DNA of 64,000 nucleotides from Raillietiella orientalis (Eukaryota). A program made the translations under genes and the position numbers. Position 1 is the stretch's first letter, and each line of letters opens with the position of its first letter. This document shows positions 11,274 to 23,629 of the stretch, in pieces. The notes beneath the pieces were generated by a model that was not told the origin of the DNA, made no database searches, and saw only the letters and a list, made by a program, of their open reading frames with translations. The DNA is taken from NCBI GenBank assembly GCA_036172245.1, contig JAYWIR010000035.1, positions 1,612,001 to 1,676,000 on the forward strand, written 5' to 3'.

Positions 11274-13540
11274 ATGCTGGAGCGGCCTCAGTTATTTACT
11301 GATCTGGGACCTCTTCCTGTTGGTTGGGAAAGTCAGTTTGATTTGAAAACTGGCAGATAGTAATTATATGCTTTTGTACTGTCCTTACTAACATTTCTTC
11401 ATCTTAGCTATTTTATCAATCATTTTAACAAAACTACAACATGGGACGATCCCCGTTTCCGAGGAATTCTGCAGCCCATACCACCACCTCCATATCAAAA
11501 GGAACCTTGCTTTAGTCCTCCACAGGTGTTATGGACATCTCTATTGTTATGTCCTGCAATCTTCGAAAATGTCTTATGTCCGACATCTTCGAAATTCTTT
11601 CTTCACTTAAAATACTGAATTCATTATCATGCATGCAACGAATCCATCTCGTATTTTGATTTTATTGAACCTTCCAAGCAATTTGTTTGGTTTACTGGCA
11701 AGAATTTGAATTCCCTTACATCACTGTTTTCAAGCACAAATTCGTAATTGATCTGAGTTTTTAGGACCATTCTGGAATTGCATCACCTTCTGCAGCTAGT
11801 CCACAAGATGTCTATGGAACATTACAAAAACATGGTCCTCATTATTTACAGTATCCTTGGGGATCTACCTTTCTATCAGTTTTGCATCCTGGAACATATT
11901 ATATTCTGCAACCAGCTGGTCCATTTTTCTGCAGCAACTGTCAACAATTGTGCTATCCTGGGAGAATAAGCTCTGAAAGCCATATGCATGCAAGTGAACA
12001 GGATTCAGTTCAACTTTGCAGCAGTCCTGTTCCTGACGACCGATCACACTTGGAATCATCAGTGGCTAAACTTCAGTTGTTGTTTCCAGCTACATCATCT
12101 GAACACATACGCAAATTACTTATAAAGTGAGTCTGACGACATATGTCGTTTTCTGACAGGGAATTATGTTGCATGACAGTTCCCTTCTAGTCATATGTAT
12201 GTGCTTAGCCAGAGGCATGCAATTCTGTGACAAATAGTAATACGATGCAGTAGATAATTGTGATCTGTGAACTGGCAACAACTTCAGGTATCTCTATCGG
12301 GAGAATCTTGTCATCAGCGCACTTCAAGTGGAGAAACAACCCATTGCCATGCCCGGACCAAGTGCTACTTCGCCCCCTGCAACATATTTAAAATCCACAG
12401 AATCACTGAATGGAATCACTCCTACATTCCGAGATCCAAGTTCAGGAGCACCTTCTCCTTTTCCTTGTGTTTTTAACATCCATAAGCCACACTCCTCCCC
12501 CAAAATGAAATTGCGCTATTTGAAGACGATTTTTCCGAAAGCAGATGAGATGCTGCTGTTGGATGTGCTTGCAGAATGTGATAACAATGTGCAGTCTGCA
12601 AGTGAAGAGCTTCTGTCCAAAGGGTACTCACGGAAAGCAACACCAATACCATCGGCCAATAGCAGGCAGCTACAGTTGTCTACTGAACCAACTCATGAAA
12701 TGATATCACCTCCGGCTTTGAAGGTTTTATCCCCAGAAGAAAAAGTGCAAAGTAGTTTAGAATAACAAAAGTGCCCAATTACGTAATATCTTGCAGTTCA
12801 AGACCACTTCAGTTCCCGCTTCGAAGACATATCGCCAAGCGTGCTAAAGATGGCACTAGAAAGTGCATGCTATGATGAAGAACGTGCTATCCGCATTATT
12901 CAGGAAATGCAAGAACGGGAGCAGAAATTAGAAGAGAGGATTTGTGCACCCAACTACATTCCCGCCGATAGGTAAGCAAGATGAAAAGTGCCATCACCGA
13001 ATGTAAAACTTCAGAACAATGCCGTTGCCTTCCTCTCCACGTGGTTCTCCGCGTCATAAAGCTGTATATGCTCAAGCTGGTGATTCGGGAATGGAAGGAA
13101 GTGTAGAAGATCAGTCAGTCCCACGATCAACCCATTGTAAACTCAGCAAGAATATTTGTGGGTAAGTATGTGTGTTCATCCGGGGTGATTCTTACCACTT
13201 AAGGTTCAGTGTCTCTTTCGGAACTAATACCACTAAAGACCCAGGGTATTATTTGCAATCTCAGGCCAAAGGAGCAAACAAACAGTATTGGAAGGGCCCG
13301 CAGAAAACTCACCTTCTGTCAGTGAATCCATTTCGTTTTTTCATAATCTCTCGTTCTAGCAGTAACTATTTCTTGTGGAGCGGACCCGATGCCACCAATC
13401 ATGTTGGACCCAACCCGTCCCTAGCCAAAGGATCAACCTGCTTACACACCTACTCTTATCAGTCGCTGGCCAAAGGTCCCCTTCCGAATCATTGCCGAGG
13501 CCCCTCTAAACATCAAATAAAAGACTCGGTACCATGCTGA
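11274..13540 (+). CDS. Uncharacterised protein with N-terminal WW domain, PPxY motif, 2-3 CUE/UBA-like helical domains and C-terminal Gly-Pro repeats, ~548 aa. Exons 11274-11359, 11408-11525, 11765-12126, 12288-12751, 12797-12971, 13015-13161, 13204-13317, 13360-13540
   Basis: Spliced frame of 1647 nt is open. WW: [35 protein letters not shown]. CUE-like: VAKLQLLFPATSSEHIRKLL, LRYLKTIFPKADEMLLLDVLAECDNNVQSASEELL, FEDISPSVLKMALESACYDEERAIRII. AATAAA at 13913. Confidence 0.85.
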
Positions 13541-16500
13541 AAACCACGAACCCTCAGACCTTACTGTAAGGTCAGTAACAACACTGCCTATTGTTTGTGC
13601 AATCGTTTTGCCAGAAAGGTCTTTGCGGCGTCTATTGAATAGTGAAACAAATAGTTTGATGTTTTCGTAAAGTAGGCGTTTTTGTTTCTAGGGGAGGGGG
13701 GGAAGAACCCCAAACTAGAACCATCGTGATCATGAGCTGTGTATGGAAATTTATATAAAATTTGTGTTTCCAATACCAAGGAAATTCTCGAAGAATCCTC
13801 CACTCCGGACCCAAAGAGGAATCGCATCATCTTTGAAAAACCAGACTGAAAGTTCAGTCATGCAGTTCAGCCTTGTTTTTATGTGGTTGTATGATTTAAA
13901 TACTCGATCGCCAATAAAGCAAAATTCATGGGTCGACTATGCGCATTCTTGAAATAATTCCATGTTTTTTTTTTAAACAAAAAAAAAAAGGAAAGATAAA
14001 AGTTTTCACTTAATTCCTGATATCTTTACAAAACCTAGAAGCAAAGCGCTATCCTGGAATTGGGTTATTTTTCTCTCGTTTTCAAGGGAAGGGTGATTAC
14101 ATAACATAATATTTACTAATTATTATGTTTTTCCGATGAGAAGTTTTTGTTCATGTGCAGCAGCAATGTGAGCGAATTCGGTTGCAGCTATCGATTTCAG
14201 CCCCTCATATTATACTGATCTTCATACAATAATTGTCTGCATTAACTGTCAAAGGTAAACAGTGAAAAAAAAACAGGATTGCCAAAGCTTCTGAAACAAA
14301 TTCGAAACATATGAACAAAACTCTGAAATGTAACGTCGAGCAAGCATACAAGTGAAAAGTTTCTTCAGTTTGCACGAGAAGGCATACTGGCAACAGCCCT
14401 GACGTGAAACTTCATCTGCACACTTTCTTTACAGCTAGGTTAGATTTGTTTTCTTTCTTACTAGTACCATAGATGGAATGTTTTCATGTAAAAGGAAAAA
14501 GAAAAAATATTCCATAGCTTCGGTTTTCCATTTATTTTAATATTTGACGTACGAAAATCTACTGGAACCACATTTCACCTTTATCGCTTTACTGCTGATC
14601 TGGCCTGAGATGTGGATGGACTCGTTCGGTTCTTCCATTCCAGGAACAAATTTCCAAGATCTACACTTTTCCATCTTTCGGAAATTTAAGATTTCGTCGA
14701 GGCTCCACTGAATGCATGCGTCCTGGATCACTTCGAAATTTTAATTTCTTGTTCGCCGACGTTCACGTTTTCCGACAACCGTCTTTTCACAACGGCCACC
14801 TACCGCCACCGTCCCGCTCAGTGGGATTCTTCCGATGGACCTCTCCGAAATCAAAACTCCAATTTCCAGAGATTATGAATCCAAATGGGTGCTTCTTCGC
14901 CTTGCTTTTCGAACGCTTGGAGCGTGAAGAGCTCCGCATTTTATGCGGAACGCAACTACACACACTGTACAGTGTGTATATCTCCAAGGAGATAGTGGTT
15001 TGAATCGGCTCTAGGGCAAGCTGTGCCACTCGACCCAAGATGCTTGGCCTCGAGGCGCGCGCGCGAGACGGACTCGGAAGCGAAACCCATGCATTCGGCT
15101 GCCGGACGTCTTCGAAGCGTGGAATCCAAAGGCAAGAAGAATGTTACGAACGACTTGAAAATAAGGAATGATGTCGATGGCTGCGTGTTGTGCCCTTCAA
15201 ACAGTCTGTTTAAAACTTTCGTGTCGAATGCGCCTTTAAAGTCGTAGCTGATGCACCTGGAAAGCCTTTGAACTATTTGTTTCTGCTGCTGGCGATCCCA
15301 ATCGCGATCGCTGCCGAACACACTTAAAAACAGAGCTGGTACGCTAACGAAACTGATGATGCACATGATTTTTATCCCTTACTTAATGGCCACAGTGGGT
15401 TTTATTTCCAACCGCCAAGCAGCCTGCTGCACTTTTCCCTCGTGGACCCGCTGCAACCCATTCCTCTGGAATGCCGAGCGCGCGAACTGCTTGCAGCTCA
15501 CCGCTGCTAGGCACCGATTTTCTTGCAAGTGGTCGGTGAAAAGTCCGACGTCATCAAAAGTCATCCAGGTCCGCCTTCACCTTGACATCCGTCGTTGCGT
15601 TTCACAAAGCTTTTCGAAAAACGCAACTCTACTGCCCCTTGCATTCGTTCGAAGGGGGAAACGGCCGGCGGAAAACAAACGCACGCGGCTCCTAGGGGCG
15701 AGGTATTTCCTCATGTGTGAAATGCATACAAAAAAATTTTTCTTCTCTTTCTCTTTTGCAAGTTTAAGCCACAAGGCCGCTGATGGTTTGGCTCGGTGCT
15801 CCTACACGCCCTACGCGCCCAACATGATGGGAATGCTCTAACGTAACCCATGATGCACTGTTTACGAAACATTTGCCTACACAACCTATTAAAATATGAA
15901 AAAAATGGCGGCATTCGGCCCCGGTGTGTTCCAATTTTCACCAACACTTGATGGTGACGTTATTAAGCAGACAACACTGCACATCTGAAGCATTACCAAA
16001 AGCCAGCCACTTCTGGGTGCACCATACCTCAGCCAGCCACTTTGATCTTAGCCAAAAGGCTGAGAAGCGATACTTCACCACCAGAAGCACTACGTATGTA
16101 TCGAACAAGTCTTACGTACACAAAAAATAAAGTGGTAATACAATATCGAGACCTCCTTATGTTTCGCATACGAAACAGCTTTTACGGCGAAAACTGCGAT
16201 CAACTATAACATTATCTAAACTGCACGGAATGGTATTTACATCAGGTGCTGTTACTTATAATGAGAAAACACCCGACGCCTTCAAACTTTTGGGGGACCT
16301 AGGGGACTCTCTGAGAATTTTCTCGTCTAATATTTACAAAATAACAGAGACGATGTGCTTTACTTCCAACATGCAACAAGTAACATCACCACCACCACTC
16401 TGGGAATAAAAACTCAAATTCGGTCTTACTACGAAATGAGAAAAAAATATCCAAAAGAGTTTCCTTTCTGATATTCAGAACACATAACAGCATGAATGCA

Positions 16501-16748
16501 ATTCATTTTTTTTCCTCCACTGTTTAAAATTCTCCCCACGTTTGAAAATAATAGTTCTCAGTTTTTATAAAATAAGATAATGTACATAACTGCATATATT
16601 TCAGATAATTTTCATTTGATAGCAATTAAATATATAATCTGTAACCGAACTTTCACTACTTACTCACAGGGAATTTGACAATTCAATATGATTTAAAATT
16701 TTGCTTTGTATTTTAATTTTTTGAATGATGACGGAAATCCACTTATAA

Positions 16749-19700
16749 CTAACTCGTCCTGCAGGCTACTGGGGGAATTGAGTCATCCCCATTATTAGGA
16801 AGAGAAGTGACTCTGTAACCCATATTCAAGAGCATAACCTCTAGAGGATCAGAGTTCATTCGTTTCTGATTAGCAGATGCAGCATCATCCTGATCCATAA
16901 TCTCTCTGTCATTGGAACGCCCATCCTAGAGAAGGAAAAAAAAAATTTCATCTACAGAGCTGGAAGTTAACATTTGAATTACTTCTGGTAAGGGGCTCCA
17001 AAGGCGAACTACTGTATCAATGCCACTTGTAGCAAGCAGACAGGAAGAAGGATGTGGTTGAAGGCAGTTTACTATAGAATCATCTCCTCTCAAAATACGT
17101 ACAATATTTGTGGTGTCAGCATCCCATATGAAAAAAGAACCATCATCTGAACCTGCAACAATAAACTGACTGCACGCGGTTGCACATTCCATCAACTACC
17201 TCACCAACCTTCCTAAAAAGTTTGCTTCTTTAATGTCTGTGGTGGTGTTGCAATGACCCCAGTAACGTAAGTGATAATCAGCTGCTTGAGCCCTCCACAC
17301 CTTCTCTTGCTTGGAGATCTGACACAGTTGTCGATGATTGGGCACATTGGATTCTGTTTCTGTATCTTCTTCTGTTTCTATTTTTTCCCACCAAAAAAGT
17401 TGTCCTTTAATTTGCAAACCACATACCAGAATCATTGTTTTTTTGCAAATTAGCAGCCAAGACATCTTTTTCTAGAGCTTGAAAAGCACGAGACCCAACT
17501 TGCTCCGGGAATTTTTTTCGGAAAGCCTGCAAGCAGTCGGAAGCTTCTTTTGTCCATTGCAATTCATGTAGACAACGAGCCAATCGGAAATGCGCCTTAT
17601 AGTAATTAGGATCAAGCTGTAAGGCCCGGATGCAATCTCGCATGGCGGAATAAATGTCCCCATCCCTAAAACAAAAATGTCCAGATGAAAACCCTGTTTC
17701 CTTACACTGATTGTACCAATTTTAACACACTCCATGCTCTAACGGAACTTATCTGAAACTTCGAGAAAATACACACTTCAGTATGTAAGAGAGTACCTGA
17801 AATAATAATAAAAAATAGTACTCACCATCCTCTCTTCATCAGGGTAGCAGCTCGGTTGCTGTATAACACAGCAGCTGTAGGCTGCAAACACAAGGCTTCA
17901 TTGTACAAGCTTACTGCCAAAGTATAATTCTGCTGTGAAAAATGGCCATTAGCCTGTGACTTCAAAAGTTCTACACTTGAGGGAAACCTAACTGACTCTT
18001 TAACATGATCAGACTGATGCCCAGATGAAGTATTATTTACACTGTGATTGGTTTTGGCGCACAGTCCATTGCCTGTATAATTTTAATATTGTAAATGTCA
18101 CTACTATAGCTAACCTCTAACAAAACCATTAACAAGAGGAATTGGAACATCAAATGCCTGCGGACGCTGGTAATTATTTATGTCAAAGAGATAAATTTGT
18201 TCCCCTCCTAAATTGACTAACAAAGTATTTCCATTTGGTCCAAATGTCACATATGTTGCAGCTAGTGTACGGAACTTTCTACGGTATTCCATCTGTTTCA
18301 GTGGCAAGTGACCTAAATATAAGGGTACACATAGGTAAATGACTTTTCTTGCTAATTCTAACCTGCCACAAAATATTGCACACATTCATCTGGAATGCTG
18401 TTGTCATCCTCATATTCCAGTGTGTAAGAAGAATTTCCGTTTTCTCTTTTCTTTGATGTACTTATTTGGGACTCCTATTTTAGCAGTCTTACAAAAGCAC
18501 CAATATACACACTCCCTCCCACCTTGATAGAACGAGTCCTTATCATGCGCATATCATAAAGACGGACATAAGGATCATTTGCTCCCACAGCCATAAGTTC
18601 TGGACGATAAGGATTGACAGCTAAGCATTTACATTCAGCATTTCTGCCAATATAATGCTGCAAATTGACCAAAATGTTAATGCATTCTGATGAGCAAACA
18701 TGTTTGGTTCTCATATCAAATTGCCTTTCATTAATAAAGTAAATGAAGATTAGTCATTCCACAATCAAAAATTCTTACAGAACTTTGCCATCTTCACCAG
18801 CACTCCAAAACATGTATGGAAGATGAGGAGCAGTGGATAATCTTTTAACTCTATTTGAATGGCAGTGGCAAACTTGGATGGTTTCTTGAGCTGCCAAATC
18901 ATAAATACAAATCTTGCAGTCAGCAGCACAGGTGACAAGGGTTTTATCTTGTGAATTTGGCAAAAACTGTAACATAAATCACAATGATTTCTTTATGCAT
19001 TCCACAAACTATCTTACTTTAACTGAGAATATATTTCCATCATGTCCTGTTTGGAAAGAATGTAGCTTCCGATGTCTAAATGGATCCCACAGAATAACAT
19101 GTAAATCATCAGAACCAGATGCCAATAAACTGAAGGGTATTGCAACATTTTAATAACACATTTAGAAAACTTATATCTTTATATTTTCAATTCACAAGCA
19201 ATTTCTGTACACCACATAAAATCTTAAGCACTGAACCAATCAGTAAACAAATAACTAAAACTCCAAGTTGAAAAGACTATTACAAACTAAAGTATGGAAG
19301 ATAACATTCAACTGTTTAAACCATTTTCATAAATCTCAATAGTATTATTGATACTCACACAACAAAAAAATGATGCATGCGAACCAAACAAAAAAACACC
19401 CATGCACACTTTTCGGGTAAGCATGCTTACTTTCGAACCAAATGTATGTTATTTCTGACACTTCACTATTCTTTACCATGCACACACCATACAGTTAAAC
19501 AGAAATGCAATAACAACCGAAAGTTCTTTTCGAACAATATACCACAGTAATCTTGTTGAAACAATAGCTAACTGGAACTATATCTAAGCATTTCCAGGTT
19601 TTCAGATGTACTTGTAATAGTATTAATAAATGATACTCAAAACAAGTCATTTATTTAAAGTTCAAAATAATAAAGGCATTAAAAAATGTTTCTTGGCATG

Positions 19701-20630
19701 TAGTAATGCAATTGTGTTCAGTACACCCTTGAAGATTTAAAAAGTATGCAAGGAACAAACTTATATGAACTAATCAAAATTAATTCTTACTGAACTTTCA
19801 ATTATTTTAATGGGAGTATTCAATGGGAATCGGGCTGATGAGAACCAGATCGCATATAAATTACTTCCATGCATAGAACGCCACACAGTGATACAAAAGC
19901 ATGACTGGAAAAATGAGCAGTCCATGTTATTAAAAGAAGCAGTAGATGATGCATCACTTGTGCCTTTTAATTTGCAATTTTAACAATCTGATGTATCATT
20001 CACTTTAAAAATAAAAAAAAAAAAAACATATTTTACTATATTGAGAAATGTAAATACATCAATCCTCCTCAAAAGAGCACAATGACGGCTAAAAAAAAGT
20101 GATTACTTACGTGCCTGATTCATTCCACTCTAGGCAATTAATACATCCATTGTGGCCTTCCAATTCATATTCCAAACCAATTCTTGATATTAAGTTTCCA
20201 GTTACATGTTGTTGCTTTTCAAAATTTTTATTGAAGTCTCCCTATTTAAAGTTTTCACATTCAAAATTGCAAATACATAAGACAAAGTTACATAAGCAAT
20301 GAGGGTAATAATAAACGGCAGCAAAACATTGAACGAAGGCACAAAGAAATGAAACAACTTTTGTCAAACACACAATAACTAATCAATAATTGTTAAGGAC
20401 ACGAAATCCTAGAATGCCAGTGTGTATTTTCAAACCCAGAATGACTGTGTGTATTCGCGTACAAGGAAAAACGCTGCTGCTCCCACTACATGTAATAAAT
20501 GTTATCACAGAACACAAAGCAGAAACGGGTCAGGTTCACGAGGTGTACAAAATGATTCTTGGGAGGGACTCACGTTTATAATCCTCTGCTGATACTTGCA
20601 TACAATGTTTTTATTTCTCCGATAGGTCAT
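16749..20630 (-). CDS. WDTC1: WD and tetratricopeptide repeats protein 1 (WDTC1/adipose, DCAF9), ~672 aa. Exons 20630-20574, 20241-20111, 19129-19018, 18966-18779, 18724-18523, 18474-18363, 18312-18115, 18072-17826, 17665-17427, 17377-17209, 17169-16983, 16925-16749
   Basis: Spliced frame of 2019 nt is open. It contains LEGHNGCINCLEWN, LLASGSDD, GHDGNIFSVKF, AVGANDPYVRLYD, LLVNLGGEQIYLFD, a TPR block (YSNRAATLMKRGWDGDIYSAMRDC, KAHFRLARCL), GHCNTTTDIKEANF, GSDDGSFFIW, VNCLQPHP and NQKRMNSDPLEVMLLNMGY. Confidence 0.95.
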
Positions 20631-20819
20631 GATGGATCCATCGTCCAACAAACGATAGCACGAACCTTAAAACATTACAATGAAAAAATTGCAAGGTTAA
20701 CCAATTCCAACAAATATATGCGTTTCTGCAAGTATCAAGTAAAAGAAGAAGAAGAAGGAAAGGGGGGAAAAAAAAGGGGGGGGGGAGGGAAAGGAACACA
20801 TTGGATGTATCTCGAGGAT

Positions 20820-21700
20820 GCACCGTTTGCTCACACCTTCCACGCACAGCACGCACATGCACAGACGGAGAGCTCCGCGCGCTGCTGCTGCTGCACGCCG
20901 AGCTGATTGTTGGCTCGCAGCTCCGTGGTCTGCGGCGGCGGCCCCACGGGACACCCGGCTGGCCAGGGAGACCCCTCCTGCCCAGAGAGACCTCCCGCTT
21001 ACGGATGTAAATCGGGTGCACGCTGGGCGGGTAAACAAAAACAAACCCAGAGATAACCAGATCCGTCTCCCGGGGAAAACGACCAACCAACCCAACTGGG
21101 CTCTGCTTTGCTGCGACTGATCACGGAAGGATCGGACCGACGAACGGAAAAAGAACAGAGACGACGACCAGAGAGGAAGCTGGATGTGTTTATCCCCTCC
21201 CCTCCCTTCCCTTCCCCCTCTCCCCATCAAGCTCCTTCGGCATGTGCCCAACGAGGATGCTCGGGAAAACCCACAGACCCGCTGGCGACTGGATTTCGTT
21301 TCCATCCGGATTGCACGAAACCAACTAAAATCAAAAGAACGCAGAAGCGTTAAATCACAGATGGTGGAAGTTTAATTCTTCAATGATGAAGAAATTTCAA
21401 GAGATCATTTCTACACACATATATACGTTCGCAGAATCGAAATGACTTTGCATGCGAACTAATTTGCAAGTAGCAAAGAGTTTCACTCGGGGAAGATCTT
21501 TCTGATGGAAACTCAAAATAGCCGCGCGAATCAATTCCTGACTTCCGGTTGTTTTAAACAACCCCCCCAAAAAAAAACAAAAAACAAAAAGGACTTCGAA
21601 ACAACGCTCGTCCCAAATAAAGAAAGTGCCTTTGTTTCAAGTGACAGAGTTCCGACTCGGCGACAGAATAGAAGATGAGTGAAGACCGGAAGTCACTTAA
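20820..21700 (-). promoter_or_regulatory. CpG island and promoter region of WDTC1, with a non-coding first exon (donor at 21002) and two ETS-type CCGGAAGT motifs (21541-21548, 21686-21693)
   Basis: Local GC/CpG peak in an AT-rich background. Minus-strand donor GTAAGC at 21002 and acceptor TTTTAAG at 20666 upstream of the ATG. The motifs were read directly; their function is inferred. Confidence 0.55.
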
Positions 21701-23076
21701 ATTCGTGAGCCGGATGAGTCTCCCTCATCGTGCGCAGCGTCTACATGAATATCTAACTGAAGAGTTTTTTACTCTTTTAGTTAAGACCCAGAAAATGGAA
21801 AAGCGCCGTGATAAATATCATGCATCAAAGTGTCGCATCCGTTTTCGCGGGCAATTTCAAGCGGAAAGAAGGGAAAAAAATGGAGATTTCTTGGAATCTA
21901 TCAATCTGCAGCAATATCTGATAATTATTCTTGGTTATACCGAAAATTGAGTTACATTCTCTTTTTTTTTGGATCGAATAAGCTAACTTGGGATTCCCAT
22001 TCTGGTGAATAACAACAAAAGTAAAATATCCGATACGCACTCACGAGAACGACTTCATTTACACTGTAAAACATGAAATTTCCTCCATCTTGGGACAACA
22101 GGTTCAAACTAGCACACCTTGAGCAGGTGCTCGTGTTTCTCAGTATTTTTGAAAACTGAGACAAAAGCTGGACTTTTGGTTGTCTAGAAAGTCTATGGTT
22201 TCGCAGATTCCAACTGCTCAGCCAGAGTAAATCCCGTATATACTTATTACGGTCTTGAGGGAACCCTTCGTAGAAAGATGCAGAAAAAATGCTGCTCAAA
22301 GATCACGCAACAGTATTAATTTCTGTTACACCATCCTATATTAGCTTAGGACATTCTAGAATTAATATAAATTCTAGAACAATGGATGTGATTGATTTTG
22401 TTGCCAATGGCAATATAGGCATAATTGATTACTTATATACAAAATATAGTAAGTATGTCCTATAGCCACCACTATCAGTGGCCCAAATTGAATACACAAA
22501 TCTATTTTATGAAGTTTCCTAATTACCATAAATGGTACCATCCAATAAATGGCAAATCTGATCGTTTATATATTTTCGATATGTTCACGTTCCAATAACA
22601 TGCTCAACGGGGAGTTATTGAATTTTTTATGTACGAAAGATAAGAATAATAGGAATCAAGTCTCAATACCAGAGTTTTCTTTTATGAGTTGCTCTGCTAT
22701 TTATGTCATGCATCTGCATATGCCGAGCATTCTAATGAGTACAACTGCATTTGCACTCAACGGCTGGAGCATTCTAAAGAAAAGAGTTGGTAATGACTAA
22801 GACTGCAAACACTTCATTTCCGCAAACTGCAGAACTCACTTTATGCAAGAATGACATGCCTCCTCTTGAATCCAATCTCAATCCAATCCTCGATTGAAAG
22901 TCACTACATATGGTACAGGAGTTTGCCGAAAATTGTAACTAAATCAATGTTAAACCTCTTGGCTAAGAATATCTGATTTCTAACATAGCATCGGGATATG
23001 GAGGATCGGGGGTCATCGGAAATAACATCACCTCCAAAGATGACAGTCCATCATAAGGATGCTTCTATTTTAGGAA

Positions 23077-23243
23077 TTAGAACGACAACAAATCGGAAGA
23101 ATGAAATTTAAACCAGAGAATCGTTTTAAAAGTTCATAAATATGGAGATAAGTTGCTGTTGTTCCACCTATTAAACTATTGGAACCAATCTCCGGTTTCT
23201 TTCTGGTTTAAATCTCATTTTCCTGATTTATTATAGTTTTGAA
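23077..23243. repeat. Imperfect inverted repeat (~40-bp arms), MITE/foldback-like
   Basis: AATGAAATTTAAACCAGA (23100-23117) versus TCTGGTTTAAATCTCATT (23202-23219) gives 17/18 complementary, with weaker pairing extending outward. Confidence 0.55.
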
Positions 23244-23629
23244 CTAATACTTAAATGAGACTCAGAATTTGCTTCTCATGAAACCAATGCAAAATCCAAT
23301 AATGTTAAGATCGTTAAAAACCATTCGAGATCACGGAGTCCTTACGTGAGACAAGCAGTTGGTGATAAGTTCTTGACGAATAGTCATCTGCAATCACCTC
23401 CGTATACGTGGTTTGTGAACGGTAATTTCAAAATCAGATTCAAACACACTCCCAACACTCAGTCAACACTAATAGTTCCTGCAAACGATGAATTCTTTCG
23501 ATGGGTGCTTCAGCAGAGCATCCATGCCAACTGAAAAGGGTAATGTTGGTAGGCATCTTAAATTTCTGCGCATATGCAATGATGGGCTGATTTTTTTCCA
23601 GGAATAAAGGAGTGGGGAGTTACCCCTCC

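Noticed and set aside
11217..11307. Apparent C/D snoRNA (TGATGA at 11223, CTGA near 11300, CCAG/CTGG ends)
   Set aside because: It overlaps the coding start of the WW gene, is not intronic, and has no recognisable guide; likely coincidence.
11851..11860. U12-type donor-like GTATCCTT
   Set aside because: It lies within an open exon frame, with no U12 branch motif or frame-compatible acceptor at a plausible distance.
14500..16100. Possible small gene between the WW gene and WDTC1
   Set aside because: Some splice-like sites and moderately CpG-rich sequence, but no consistent frame or recognisable peptide.
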